Below are positions 12,801-26,979 of a stretch of DNA of 64,000 nt, in pieces; position 1 is the first letter of the stretch, and each line of letters starts with the position of its first letter. The stretch lies in the NCBI GenBank assembly GCA_002269645.1, contig NIVC01001131.1:124001-188000 (forward strand). Reading direction: 5' to 3'. The notes beneath the pieces were generated by a model. That model was not told the DNA's origin. It saw only the letters and a program-made list of their open reading frames with translations, and made no database searches. This DNA comes from Macrostomum lignano. Lineage: Eukaryota. The translations under genes were made by a program, and so were the position numbers.

Positions 12801-15800
12801 CAACCCCCCAACACGCGGGGGGTTTTATTTGAATTGAACCCAGAACACGCGCACCCACCACCCCTCAATACACAGCGGCCCGCGGGCGGAGGTTGGGGTG
12901 GCTATTTTTACAAACTGGCTGCAGCCCCAGTCAGAGTGACAAAAGAAGGTTATTGGGGGTCAAAAAATCAGTTTTCTGCTTTTTTGAGGATGTTAGAAAT
13001 TAAAATTTCAGAATTAAAATAGCCTATAGCCGACCTCCGATAATTTCCAATCTTCCCATATAAGTTTCAACGCTGAGTTGCCACTATTCAAGGAGGAGTT
13101 GTCGAAATGACATACAGACAGACAGACAAACAACGCGTCAACTTTCGTATATACGAGTGGAACTCCTCCGGAGGAGGAGAAAGGGGAAGAACTCCCATCA
13201 CCGGAATTCCATTCCCTGAAATCCATCAGCTGAAACTCCATGACTTGAATCCCATCTTCCAAATCATCTCCAAATCCTCTGTAAAGCCTTTTTGCTCTCC
13301 TCTTGGCCCTCTCATCTCTACAGTGTAGTCTCTTATCTCTTCTCTCTAATCTGCTTTCCATCTCTAGTCTCTCATCTCTGCTCTCTCTTCTTTGCTATCT
13401 TATATCTAGTCTCTCCTCTCTCTCCTCTCATCTCTACTCCCTTATGTATCTCTTCTCCCTCGTCTTTCATCTGTACCCTCTCCTGTCTCTTGTCTCCTCT
13501 CTTCTCTCATATCTCTCCTCTTCACTTCCGTCTCCTGTCTCCTCTCTTCACTTTTATCTTCTCTCCCTCTTCTCTCCTCTCTCATATGTCATCTCTACTC
13601 ACTTATCTATCGTCTCTCTTTACCCTCTCTCTCCTCTCTGCTCTCATTTCTCATTTCTCATATACGTCTCACACTCTACTTTCTTGTCTCCCATCTTTCT
13701 TTCCTCCTTTCCACTATCCCCTGTCTCTTCTCTTCTCTCTTTTCTCCTCTCCTTTTTCCTTTCATCTTCTCCCCTCTCTTCTCTAATCTCTAATCTCTTC
13801 TCTCTTATGTTCTCACGCATCTCTTCTCATCGCATCTCTCATCTCTCCGCTCCTCACTACTTTCCTCTCTTAACTCTCTTCTCTTATCTCTGATCTTTCA
13901 TCTCTCTCTTCTCTCCTCTCTCTCCTCTCATCTCTACTACCTTATTTATATCTTCTCCCTGGTCTTTCGTCTGTACTCTCTCTTGTCTCCTTTCTCCCCT
14001 ATTTTCTCCTCTCTTCTCTCTCCCCTCCTCTCATCTCTCATCCCTCATCCCACTCTTTCTTTCTCCTCTACTCTCCCCTCTCTTCTATTTCCTCTGTACG
14101 CTCTTATCCCTCATCTATTCTCTATCCTATTATCTCTCTTGTCTCCCTCTGCTATCTCATATCTCCCCTCTCATATCCTCTCTCCTCTTGTCTTCTCTCT
14201 CCTTCGTGCCCGCCTTACTCCCCTCTTCTCTCTCATCTGTCATATCTAATCTCTCCACTCATTTCTACTCTGTTTTTTATCATCTCATCTCTCTTCTCTT
14301 TTCATTCTTCTCTTTATTATCTTCTCTTACTGATTAAAGATGCCAAATCAATCAAGATCCTCTCCGCAAAACAGAAATCCTCTCCGTGAAGCTGAACATC
14401 ATCGAAATCCTCTCCGTGAAACTGAACACCATCGAAATCCTCTCCACGAAACAGAAATCCTCTCCGTCAAAATTAAAACATTGAAATCGTCTTCGCTAAA
14501 CTGGACTCAATCGAATTTTTTCCGTCAATCAAACAACTCAACTCTCCAGATTCTTTGGTTAGGGTTAGGGTTAGGGTTAGAACTACGCACAGCTTCGTGT
14601 TAAAAGGCAATGATAAAAATATTGAACTAATTGAATCAATTCATTGCGCACCGATTTCACAGTCAGTCAGTATCAGTCGCAGTTAAAGTTAACAAAAACA
14701 TTGTGCAATCTAAATCAACCCTCCAATACACAGCAGCAGTGAGAAGTTGAACCCTCCCCCCAACTTTATCTATTACATCTCGCAAAACTGAGTACAATTT
14801 TTGCAAAAAGTTAAAAGTATGGAAATAGTTTTTCAAATGCTGTGCTTTTTATTTTCATATATAAAGCAAACAACTTAAATCCCTAAACTCAGCGTTGCAA
14901 GATATTTCCAGCAATATAAGTGTCTCCTCTCAAAGTTTAAAACTCAAGGAACAGTTAGCGTTTGAAATTTACTGATTTCCCGACTGCTTGCTAGAGAAGC
15001 TCGCAATTCATTGAATTTCACTGCCAAACTAATACACAGGGCTGCCTATAGAAAAAAGGCGCCAATAATAAAACCAATTGAATCTCGACACAGTCCTGAT
15101 TCCTATCTATCTGTTTACACTGTACAACTGCTATGTACACTCAGCCCAAGCCCAACGCCCCGTTCTGGGGAAGCATTAAATTTAACTGAACCCCCCCCAA
15201 CACGCGGGGGGTTTTATTTCCACTCGCACCCACTACCCCTCAATACACAGCGGCCCGCGGGCGGAGGTTGGGGTGGCTATTTTTACAAACTGGCTGCAGC
15301 CCCAGGCAGAGTGGCCAAAGAAGGTTATTGGGGGTTAAAAAAGCAGTTTTCTGCTTTTTTAGGGATGTTAAAATTGGAAAATTAAAAATTAAAATAGCCT
15401 AAAGCCTGCTCCGGAAAATTTGCAGTTTTCCCATATAAGTTTCGACGCTGACTTGCCAGTTGTCTAGGAGAAAAATCGCAACACACACACAATCATCGCA
15501 CCAGTTTTAGTATTAACGAGGCCAACTCCTCCGATGGAGGAGAAAGGGGAAGAACTCCCATCACCGGAATTCCATTCCCTGAACTCCATCAGCTGAATCC
15601 CAAGACCCGAATCCCATTATCTAACTGTTCTCCAAATCCATCAAAATCCTCTCTGTGAAACTGAACACGATCGAAATCCTCTCCGCGAAACAGAAATCCT
15701 CTCCGTGAAACTGGACTCAATCGAAAGTTTCTCCGTCAAACAACTAAACTCTCAGGATTCAGTGGTTAGGGTTAGGGTTAGGGTTGGAGCTGCACAGAGC

Positions 15801-18800
15801 TGCGTGTTGAAAAGGTCCGATAAAAAATGAGATAATTGAATCAAAAGATTGCGCAATTTACGCTCGTATTTATAAGTCAGTCAGTATCAGTCTCAGTTAA
15901 AGTTAACAAAAATATTGCGCAATCTAAATCAACCCTCCATCCAATACACAGCGACCGACCCCCTTCCAATACGCAGTGGCAATTAGAAATTGAACCCCCC
16001 CCCAACTGTTGGGGGGTCAGTCGAACACCATTGAACTCCTAAAATGAGTACAATCTTTGCAATAAGTTAAAAGTATGGAAATAGTTTTTCCAATGCAGAG
16101 CATTTAGTTTTCATATTTAAAGCAAACAATTTATATCCCCGAACTCAGCGTTGCAAGTTCTTTCCAGCAATATAAGTCTCTCCTCTCAAAGTTAAAAACT
16201 CCAGCAACAGTCTGAGTTTGAAATTTGCCGATTTATAGCATTGCAATATTGAGTGTACGTTCATACGTTCACTGCCTGCTAAAGAGGCCCGCAAGTTTAT
16301 TCATTGAATTTCACTGTCTAACCAATGCACAGGGCAGTCAATTGAAAGGCGCTGATAATAAAACCAATTGAATCTCAGCACAATAGCCATATAATTGCGC
16401 TTACTTACCCACCACCCCACGAAATACACACAGTTCAATTTTTCAGCCGGGGTCCGCTTGTACACACGCTGCCACTGAGAACGCGACCAACCCCCACTGG
16501 CGAGAAAATACACTACAGAGATAGGAGAAAGTTGTGGCGCAATCGCTCAAAATCATGCAAATTTTCGGCTCCGAGCAGAAAAAGTGTCCAGAGAAGGTTA
16601 GGAAATCAGTTTTCTGCTTTTTTAGGGATCTTAAAATGTGAAAATAAAAAATTGAAATAGCCCACTGCAGTCCCCGGAAAATTTGCAGTTTCCCCATATA
16701 AGTTTCAACGCTGACTTGCAAGTATTCTAGGAGGAGTTATGCAACACACAAACAAACAGACAAACAAACAAACAATCATCGCACCAACTTTAGTATTAGG
16801 ACGAGGCCAACTCATCCAATGGAGGAGAAAGGGGAAGAACTCCCATCACCGGAGTTCCATTCCCTGAAATCCATCAGCTGAATCCCATTATTTAACTAAG
16901 CTCCGCGAAACTGAACACCATCGAAATCCTCTCCGTGAAACTGGACTGAATCAAAATTTTCTCCGTCAAAAAGAACTCAACACTCAGGATTCATTGGTTA
17001 GGGTTAGGGTTAGAGCTGCACACAGCTGCGTGCTGAAAAGCGCCGATAAAAAGATTTAATTGATTGATCAATTGATTGCGCAATGTATTTCTCAGTCAGT
17101 CAGTCAGTATCAGTCTCAGTTAAAGTTAACAAAAAGATTGCGCAATCAAAATCAACCCTCCAGTACACAGTGACCGCCCCCCCCACTAAAGCACACTGAG
17201 CAATTAGAAATTCAACCCTCGAACTTTATCTATTATGTCTCGCAAAAATGAGCACAATCTTTAAAAAAAGTTAAAAGTATGAAAATAGTCTTTCGAATGC
17301 TGCGCCTTTTCTTTTCACATTTAAAGCAAACAAATTATATTCCCTAACTCAGCGTTGCAAGATCTTTCCAGCAATATAAGTGTCTTCCTTTAAAGTTTAA
17401 AACTCGAGGAACAGTTAACGTTTAAATTTTTCTGATTTAGAGCATTGAATTTTTAAGAGTACATTCACTGCCTGCTACAGTGGGAGGCTCGCACGTTTAT
17501 TCATTGAATTTCACTGCCGCCTCAACACCCCTAACACGGGGGGGGTTCTATTTGCTCCATTGCTCAGTGCACACAGCGCAATCGCTAAAAAACAGTGCAC
17601 ACAGTTGTGGCGCAATCACTAAAAAAAATTGTCAACCGGCCCGGCTACACCCCCTCAGTTAAAAGAATACACTACACAAATAGGCCAGCTGTTGTGGCGT
17701 AATCATTAAGAGTTGCGCAAGGTGATCGTAATCCCTATTGTTATACTATTTCTGCTTTTTTAGGGATCTTAAAATATGAAAATGCAAAATTTTAATAGCC
17801 TAAAGCTATCCTCGGACAATTTGCAGTTTTCCCATATAAGTTTCAACACTGACTTGCGAGTAGTCTGGGAGGAGTTATGCAACAAACGGACGCACAAACA
17901 TCGCACCAACTTTAGTATTAGGAGAGAAGAGTGGAACTCCTCCTCTGGAGGAGAAAGGGGAAGAACTCCCATCACCGGAATTCTGAAGGGGAAGAACTCC
18001 CATCAGCTGAAATTCCATGACTTGAATCCCATCTTCCAAATCATCTCCAAATCCTCTACAATGCATTTCAATTACCGGATATCTTGTTTTCCCTATTTGC
18101 AAAAACTCACTGGCATTGTCCAGACTCGGACTCTCATGTCTCTGCTCTCATTTCTCATATCTCATATCTTTCATATCACCCTCTCCTTTCTTATCTTCCA
18201 TCTTTCTGCCCTCCTTACTACCGTCTCTTGTCACCTCTCTTTTCTCTCCTCTCCATTCTCTCTTCTCTCCTTTCCTTTCTCGTCTCATCTTCTCCCCTCT
18301 CTTCTCAAATATCTCTCTCTCTTTTCTCACTAATCTCTTTTCTATTTGCATCTCTCATCTCTCTCCTCTCATCTGTACTATCTTATTTATCTCTTCTCCC
18401 AGGTCTTTCAAATTTACTCTCTCCTGTCTCCTCTCTCCCCTCGTCTCTCCTCTCTCATATCTCTCCTCTACTCACTTATCTATTCTCTCTACTCTGCTCC
18501 CCTTTTACACTTTCCTATATGCTCTCACTCTCACCCTCTCCTTTCTTATCTTATGCTCTCACTCTCACCCTCTCCTTTCTTATCTCCTGTTTTTTACACT
18601 CCTTTCTACCACCTGTCTCCTCTCGTTTCTCTCCTCTCTGCACTCTCATCTTTACCCTCTTCTTTTTCCTCACTACTTTCTTCTCTTAAATCTCTGATCT
18701 CTGATCTTTCATCTCTCTCCTCTCAACTCTCACCTCTCTCCTCTCTTTCCTCTCTTCTATTGCCTCTGTGCGCTCTTATCCCTCTTTTCTTCTCTGTCCT

Positions 18801-20284
18801 GTCTCCTCTCTGCTATCTCATATCTCCTCTCTCATATCCTCTCCCTTCATCTCCTCTCTCCTCTTCTCTTCTCTCTCCTTCGTTCCCGCCTTACTCCCCT
18901 CTTCTCTCCCATCTGTCATGTCTAATCTCTCCACTCATTTCTACTCTGTTTTCTATCATCTCATCTCTCTTCTCTTTTCATTCTTCTCTTTACTCTCTTC
19001 TCTGACTGATTGAAGATGCCAAATCCATCAAGATCCTCTCCGCGCGAAGCAGAAATCCTATCCGTGCAACTGAAAACCATCGAAATCCTCTCCGTGAAAC
19101 TGGACTCCTTCGAAATCCTCTCCTTGAAACTTAAATCCATCAAAATCGTCTCCATAAAACAGAAATCAATCATAAATTATCTCCGCGAAACAGAAATCCT
19201 CTCCGTGAAGCTGAACATCATCGAAATCCTCTCCGTGAAACTGAACACCATCGAAATCCTCTCCACGAAACAGAAATCCTCTCCGTCAAAATTAAAACAT
19301 TGAAATAGTCTCTGCTAAACTGGACTCAATCGATTTTTTCCGTCAAACAACTCAACTCTCTGGATTCATTGGTTAGGTTTAGGGTTAGGGTTAGAACTAC
19401 GCACAGCATAGTGTTAAAAGGCACTGATAAAAATATTGAACTAATTGAATCAATTCATTGCGCAACCGATTTCACAGTCAGTCAGTCAGTATCAGTCTCA
19501 GTTAAGGTTAAAAAAAACATTGCGCAATCTAAATCAACCTTCTAATACACAGCAGCAGTGAGAAGTTGAACCCTCCCCCCCAACTTTATCTATTACGTCT
19601 CGCAAAACTGAGTACAATCTTTGCAGAAAGTTAAAATTATGGAAATAGTTTTTCAAATGCTGTGCTTTTTCTTTGTATATTTAAAGCAAACAACTTATAT
19701 CCCCGAACTCAGCGTTGCAAGATCTTTCCAGCAATATAAGTCTCTCCTCTCAAAGTTTAAAACTCGAGGAACAGTTAGCGTTTGTAATTTCCCAATTTCC
19801 CGACTGCTTGACTGAGAGGCTCGCAAGTTTATTCATTGAATTTCACTGCCCAGCTAATACACAGGGCCGATAATAAAACCAAATGAATCTCGACACAGTC
19901 TATTTACACTGTACAACTGCTATGTACACTCAGCCCAAGCCCAACCCCCGTTCTGGGGGAAGCATTAACTTTAACTCAACCCCCCAACACGCGGGGGGTT
20001 TTATTTGAATTGAACCCAGAACACGCGCACCCACCACCCCTCAATACACAGCGGCCCGCGGGCGGAGGTTGGGGTGGCTATTTTTACAAACTGGCTGCAG
20101 CCCCAGTCAGAGTGACAAAAGAAGGTTATTGGGGGTCAAAAAATCAGTTTTCTGCTTTTTTGAGGATGTTAGAAATTAAAATTTCAGAATTAAAATAGCC
20201 TATAGCCGACCTCCGATAATTTCCAATCTTCCCATATAAGTTTCAACGCTGAGTTGCCACTATTCAAGGAGGAGTTGTCGAAAT

Positions 20285-20326
<42 letters not shown>

Positions 20327-23300
20327 GACAGACAAACAACACGTCAACTTTAGTATATATAGATAGACGAGTGGAACTCCTCCTCTGGAGGAGAACGGGG
20401 AAGAACTCTCATCACCGGAATTCTGAAGGGGAAGAACTCCCATCAGCTGAAATTCCATGACTTGAATCCCATCTTCCAAATAATCTCCAAATCCTCTACA
20501 ATGCATTTCAATTACCGGATATCTTGTTTTCCCTAGTTGCAAAAACTCACTGGCATTGTCCAGACTCGGACTCTCATGTCTCTGCTCTCATTTCTCATAT
20601 CTCATATCTTTCATATCACCCTCTCCTTTCTTATCTTCCATCTTTCTGCCCTCCTTACTACCGTCTCTTGTCACCTCTCTTTTCTCTCCTCGCCATTCTC
20701 TCTTCTCTCCTTTCCTTTTTCCTCTCATCTTCTCCCCTCTCTTCTCAAATCTCTCTCTCTCTCTTTTCTCACTTATCTCTTTTCTATTTGCATCTCTCAT
20801 CTCTCATCTCTCTCCTCTCATCTGTACTATCTTATTTATCTCTTCTCCCAGGTCTTTCAAATTTACTCTCTCCTGTCTCCTTTCTCCCCTCGTCTCTCCT
20901 CTCTCATATCTCTTCTCTACTCACTTATCTATTCTCTCTACTCTGCTCCCCTTTTACACTTTCCTATATGCTCTTACTCTCACCCTCTCCTTTCTTATCT
21001 CCTGTTTTTTACACTCCTTTCTACCACCTGTCTCCTCTCGTTTCTCTCCTCTCTGCACTCTCATCTTTACCCTCTTCTTTCTCCTCACTACTTTCTTCTC
21101 TTAAATCTCTGATCTCTGATCTTTCATCTCTCTCCTCTCAACTCTCACCTCTCTCCTCTCTTTCCTCTCTTCTATTGCCTATGTGCGCTCTTATCCCTCT
21201 TTTCTTCTCTGTCCTGTCTCCTCTCTGCTATCTCATATCTCCTCTCTCATATCCTCTCCCTTCATCTCCTCTCTCCTCTTCTCTTCTCTCTCCTTTGTTC
21301 CCGCCTTACTCCCCTCTTCTCTCCCATCTGTCATGTCTAATCTCTCCACTCATTTCTACTCTGTTTTCTATCATCTCATCTCTCTTCTCTTTTCATTCTT
21401 CTCTTTACTCTCTTCTCTGACTGATTGAAGATGCCAAATCCATCAAGATCCTCTCCGCGAAGCAGAAATCCTGTCCGTGCAACTGAAAACCATCGAAATC
21501 CTCTCCGTGAAACTGGACTCCTTCGAAATCCTCTCCTTGAAACTTAAATTCATCAAAATCGTCTCCATAAAACAGAAATCAATCATAAATTATCTCCACG
21601 AAACAGAAATCCTCTCCGTGAAGCTGAACACCATCGAAATCCTCTCCACGAAACAGAAATCCTCTCCGTCAAAATTAAAACATTGAAATCGTCTCCGCTA
21701 AACTGGACTCAATCAATTTTTTTCCGTCAAACAACTCAACTCTCCGGATTCATTGGTTAGGGTTAGGGTTAGGGTTAGAACTACGCACAGCTTCGTGTTA
21801 AAAGGCAATGATAAAAATATTGAACTAATTGAATCAATTCACTGCGCAACCGATTTCACAGTCAGTCAGTATCAGTCTCAGTTAAAGTTAACAAAAGCAT
21901 TGCGCAATCTAATCAACCCTCCAATACACAGCAGCAGTGAGAAGTTGAACCCTCCCCCCAACTTTATCTATTCGTCTCGCAAAACTGAGTACAATTTTTG
22001 CAAAGTTAAAAGTATGCAAATAGTTTTTTAAATGCTGTGCTTTTTCTTTTCATATTTAAAGCAAACAACTTATATCCCCGAACTCAGCGTTGCAAGATCT
22101 TTCCAGCAATATAAGTTTCTCCTCTCAAAGTTTAAAACTCGAGGAACAGTTAGCGTTTGAAATATCCCAATTTAAAGCATTGAACTATCGAGTGTACGCA
22201 TACGTGCACTGCCTGCTAAAAAGGCTTGCAAGTTTATTCATTGAATTCCACTGCCGCCCCAGCACCCTCAACACAGGGGGGGTTTGGTTAAGTTCTCAGT
22301 GCACACAGTTGTGGCGCAATCGCTAAAAATTGATGTCAACCGGCCCAGCTTACCCCCTTCAGTTGAAAGAATACACGGCACAGATATGCCGGCTGTTGTG
22401 GCGCAATAATTGTAAATTACGCAAGATGTTCATATTCCCCTATTGTTTTACTACTTCTGCTTTTTTAGTGATCTTAAGACGTGAAAATAAAAAAATTGAA
22501 ATAGCTTACTGCCATCCTCGGAAAATTTGCAGTTTTCCCAAATAAGTTTCAACGCTGACTTGCAAGTCGTCTAGGAGGAGATATGTATCACACAAACAGA
22601 CAAACAACGCACCAACTTTAGTATTAACGAGGCCAACTCCTCCTCTGGAGGAGAAAGGGGAAGAACTCCCATCACCGGAATTCCATTCCCTGATCTCCAT
22701 CAGCTGAATCCCATCATCTAACTGTTCTCCAAATCCATTAAAATCCTCTCCGTGAAACTGAACACCATCGAAATCCTCTCCGCGAAACAGAAATCCTCTC
22801 CGCGAAACTGGACCCAATCGAAATTTTCTCCGTCAAACAGAACTCAACTCTCAGGATTCATTAGTTAGGGTTAGGGTTAGAGCTGCACAGAGCTGCGGGT
22901 TGAAAGGCGCCGATAAAAATATGAATTAATTGAATCAATTTATTGCGCAACCGTTTTCTCATTCAGTCAGTATCAGGCTCAGGTAAAGTTAACGAAATGA
23001 TTGCGCAATCTAAATCAACCCTCCAATACACAGCGACTGACCCCCTTCCGCAGTGGCAATTAAAAGTTGAACCGCCCCCCCCCTCCTACCAACTGTTGGG
23101 GGGTTGGTCGAACCCCCATTGAACCCCAAAATGAGTACAATATTTCCAGAAAGTAAAAGGTATGGAAGTTGTTTTCGATCGCTGTGTTTTTTCTTTTCGC
23201 ATTTAAAACAAACAACTTATATCCCCGAACTCAGTGTTGCGAGATCTTTCCAGCAATATAAGTTGAGTTTAGAACTCGAAGAACAGTTTGCGTTTGAAAT

Positions 23301-26300
23301 GTCCCGATTTAAAGCATTGAAGTATCGAGTGTACGTTCACCTGCCTGCTAAAAAGGCTCGCAAGTTGATGCATTGAATTTCAGTGTGCAAAAAATACACC
23401 GGGCTGCCTAATTGAAAATCAGAGCACATATCGTTGCGCGATTGTCTATACAGTCAGCCCGTGCGCCAAGGTCCAAGTGTACACACGCCGCCACTGAGAA
23501 CGCAAGCACCCCCCACTGGAGAGAAAATACACTGCAGAGATAGGAGAAAGTTATGGCGCAATCGCTCAAAATTCATGCAAGTTTTCAGCTCCAAGCAGAA
23601 AGAGGGGACAAATAAGATTATCAAAGGTCAATATTGCAGTTTTTTGCTTTTTTCGGGATCTTAAAATGCAAAAATAAAAAATTGAAATAGCCCACTGCCA
23701 TCCTCGGAAAATTTGCAGTTTTCCCATATAAGTTTCGACGCTGACTTGCAAGTCGTCTAGGAGGAGATATGTATCACACAGACAAACAACGCACCACTTT
23801 TAGTATTTACGAGGCCAACTCCTCCTTCGGAGAAGAAAGGGGAAGAACTCCAATCAGCGGAATTCCATTCCCTGAACTCCATCAGCGGAATCCCATTTTC
23901 CAACACCTCTCCGCGCAACAGAAATCGTCTCCGTGAAACTGAACACTATCGAAATCCTCTCCGTGAAACTGGACTAAATCGAAATTTCTCCGTCAAACAG
24001 CCCAGCTCTCAGAATTCATTGGTTAGGGTTAGGGTTAGGGTTAGAGCTACACACAGCTGCGTGTTGAAAGGCGCCGTAAAAACATTGAACCAATTAAATT
24101 GCGCAACTTATTTCTCAGGCAGTCACTATCAGCGTCGGTTAAAGTTAACAAAAAGATTGCGCAATCTAAATCAGCCCTCCAATACACAGCAACCGACCCC
24201 CTTCCAATACGCAGTGCAGCTAGAAATTGAACCCCCCTACCAACTATTGGGGGGGGGGGGTCGGTCGAACCCCCATTGAACTCCAAAATGAGCAAAATCT
24301 TTGCAGAAAGCTAAAAGTATGAAAATCTTTTCTTGAATGCTGTGAATTTAATTTTCATATTTAAAGCAAAAAACTTATATCCCCGAACTCATTGCAGCAA
24401 GATCTTTCCAGCAATATAAGTCTCTCCTCTCTAAGTTCAAAACTCGAGCAACAGTTAGTGTTTGAAACTTTCTGATTTTAAGCATTGAAATATCGAGTGT
24501 ACGTTCACTGCCTGCTAAAGATGCTCGCAAGTTTATGCATTAAAATGCACTGAATTTCACTGTGCAAAAAATACACAGGGCTTCCTGTTAAAAAACAGAA
24601 CACAAATAGTTGCGCAATTGTCTATAAAGTCAGCCAGTGAGCCAGGGTCCAATTGTACACACGCCGCCAATGAGAACGCGCCCATTCCCCCACAGGAGAG
24701 AAAATGCACTGGCGACATAGGAAAAAGTTGTGGCGTAATCACTCAAAATTTATGCCAATTTTCAGCTCCGAGCAGAAAGAGGGGACAATTAAGATTATCA
24801 AAGGTCAGAATTGCTGCTTTCTGCTTTTTTAGGGATCTTAAAATTTAAAAATGAAAGATTAAAATAGCCTAAAGCCATCGTCGGAAAATTTGCAGTTTTC
24901 CCATATAAGTTTCAACGCTGAGTTGCAAGTATTCTAGGAGGAGTTATCGAACTGACATACATACAGACAAACAACGCACCACTTTTAGTATTAAGACGAG
25001 TGGAACTCCTCCTTCGGAGGAGAAAGGGGAAGAACTCCCATCACCGGAATTCCATTCCCTGAATTATCCATCAACTGAAATTCCATGTCTTGAACCCAAT
25101 CTTCCAAATAGTCTCCAAATTCTTTACAAAACCTTTCAAAGACCATAGCTTAAAGACTCTTACGTCTCTCATATCTACTCTCTCCTCTCTTCGCTATTAT
25201 CGTGACTCGCTTCTCTCTCCTCTCTCTCATCTCATCTCTACCCCTACTCTCTTATTTATCTCTACTCCCTTATTTATCTCTACTCCCTTATTTATCCCTT
25301 ATTTATTCTCCCTCTCCTGTCTACTCTCCTATCTTCTATCTTATCTCTCCCCTTTTCTCTCCTCTCTCATATCTCATCTCTAATCACTTATCTATCGTCT
25401 CCGCTCTACTTTCCCTCATCCCTTTTCTCTCTTCTCTCTGCTCTCATTTCTCGTATCTCTTATACGCTCTCAACCTCTCCTTTCTTATCTCCCATTTTTC
25501 TTCCCTCCTTTCTACTGCATCACCTGTCTCCTCTCCTCTCTTTTTTCTCCTCTCCATTCTCTCTTCTCTCCTCTCATCTCCCCTCATCTCTTATCTAATC
25601 TCTAATCTCTTCTCCCTCATATCTCTTCTCTACTCACTTATCTATTCTCTCTCTTTGCTCCCCTTTTACACTTTCCTATATGCTCTCACACTCACCCTCT
25701 CCTTTCTTATCTCCTGTTTTTTACACTCCTTTCTACTACCTGTCTCCTCTCGTTTCTCTCCTCTCTGCACTCTCATCTTTACCCTCTTCTTTCTCCTCAC
25801 TACTTTCTTCTCTTAAATCTCTGATCTCTGATCTTTCATCTCTCTTCTCTCACCTCTCTCCTCTCTTGCCTCTCTTCTATTGCCTCTGTACGCTCTTATC
25901 CCTCCTTTCTTTTCTCTCCTGTCTCCTCTCTGCTATCTCATATCTCCTCTCTCATATCCTCTCCCTTCATCTCCTCTCTCCTCTTCTCTTCTCTCTCCTT
26001 TGTTCCCGCCTTACTCCCCTCTTCTCTCCCATCTGTCATGTCTAATCTCTCCACTCATTTCTACTCTGTTTACTATCATCTCATCTCTCTCCTCTCTCCT
26101 CTCTCTCTTCTCCTTTCGCTTCTCTCTCCTCTCTCTCCTCTCATCTCTACTACCTTGTTTATATCTTCTCCCTGGTCTTTTGTCTCTACTCTCTCTCTTG
26201 TCTCCTTTCTCCCCTCTTTTCTCCTCTCTTCTCTCTCCTCTCTCCCCTCCTCTCTCATCTCTCATCTCCTCATCTCACTCTTTCTTTCTCCTCTACTCTC

Positions 26301-26979
26301 CCCTCTCTTCTATTACCTCTGTACGCTCTTATCCCTCATCTATTCTCTCTCCTATCATCTCTCTTGTCTCTCTCTGCTATCTCATATCTCCCATCTCATC
26401 TCCTCTCTCCTCTTCTCTTCTCTCTCCTCCGTTCCCGCCTTACTCCCCTTTTCCCTCCCATCTGTCATGTCTAATCTCTCCACTCATTTCTACTCTGTTT
26501 TCTATCATCTCATCTCTCTTCTCTTTTCAGTCTTCTCTTTACTCTCTTCTCTGACTGATTGAAGATGCAAAATCCATCAAGATCCTCTCCGCGAAGCAAA
26601 AATCCTGTCTGTGCAACTAAAAACCATCGAAATCCTCTCCGTGAAACTGGACTCCTTCGAAATCCTTTCCTTAAAACCTGAATCCATCAAAATTGTTTCC
26701 ATAAAACAGAAATCAATCATAAATTATCTCAGCGAAACAGAAAGCCTCTCCGTGAAGCTGAACATGATCGAAATCCTCTCCGTGAAACTGAACACCATGG
26801 AAATCCTTTCGTGAAACTGAACATCATCGAAATCCTCTCCACGAAACAGAAATCTTCTCCGTCAGAATTTAAACATTGAAATCGTCTCCGCTAAACTTGA
26901 CTTAATCGAATTGTTTCCGTCAAACAACTCAACTCGCCAGATTCATTAGGGTTAGGGTTAGGGTTACGGTTAGGGTTAG
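9804..26979 (+). repeat. Ten interstitial telomeric tracts at unit junctions
   Basis: Tracts at 9804-9821, 12284-12315, 14557-14580, 15764-15787, 16996-17013, 19371-19394, 21755-21778, 22863-22880, 24021-24044 and 26944-26979; 3-6 GGTTAG units each. Confidence 0.95.
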
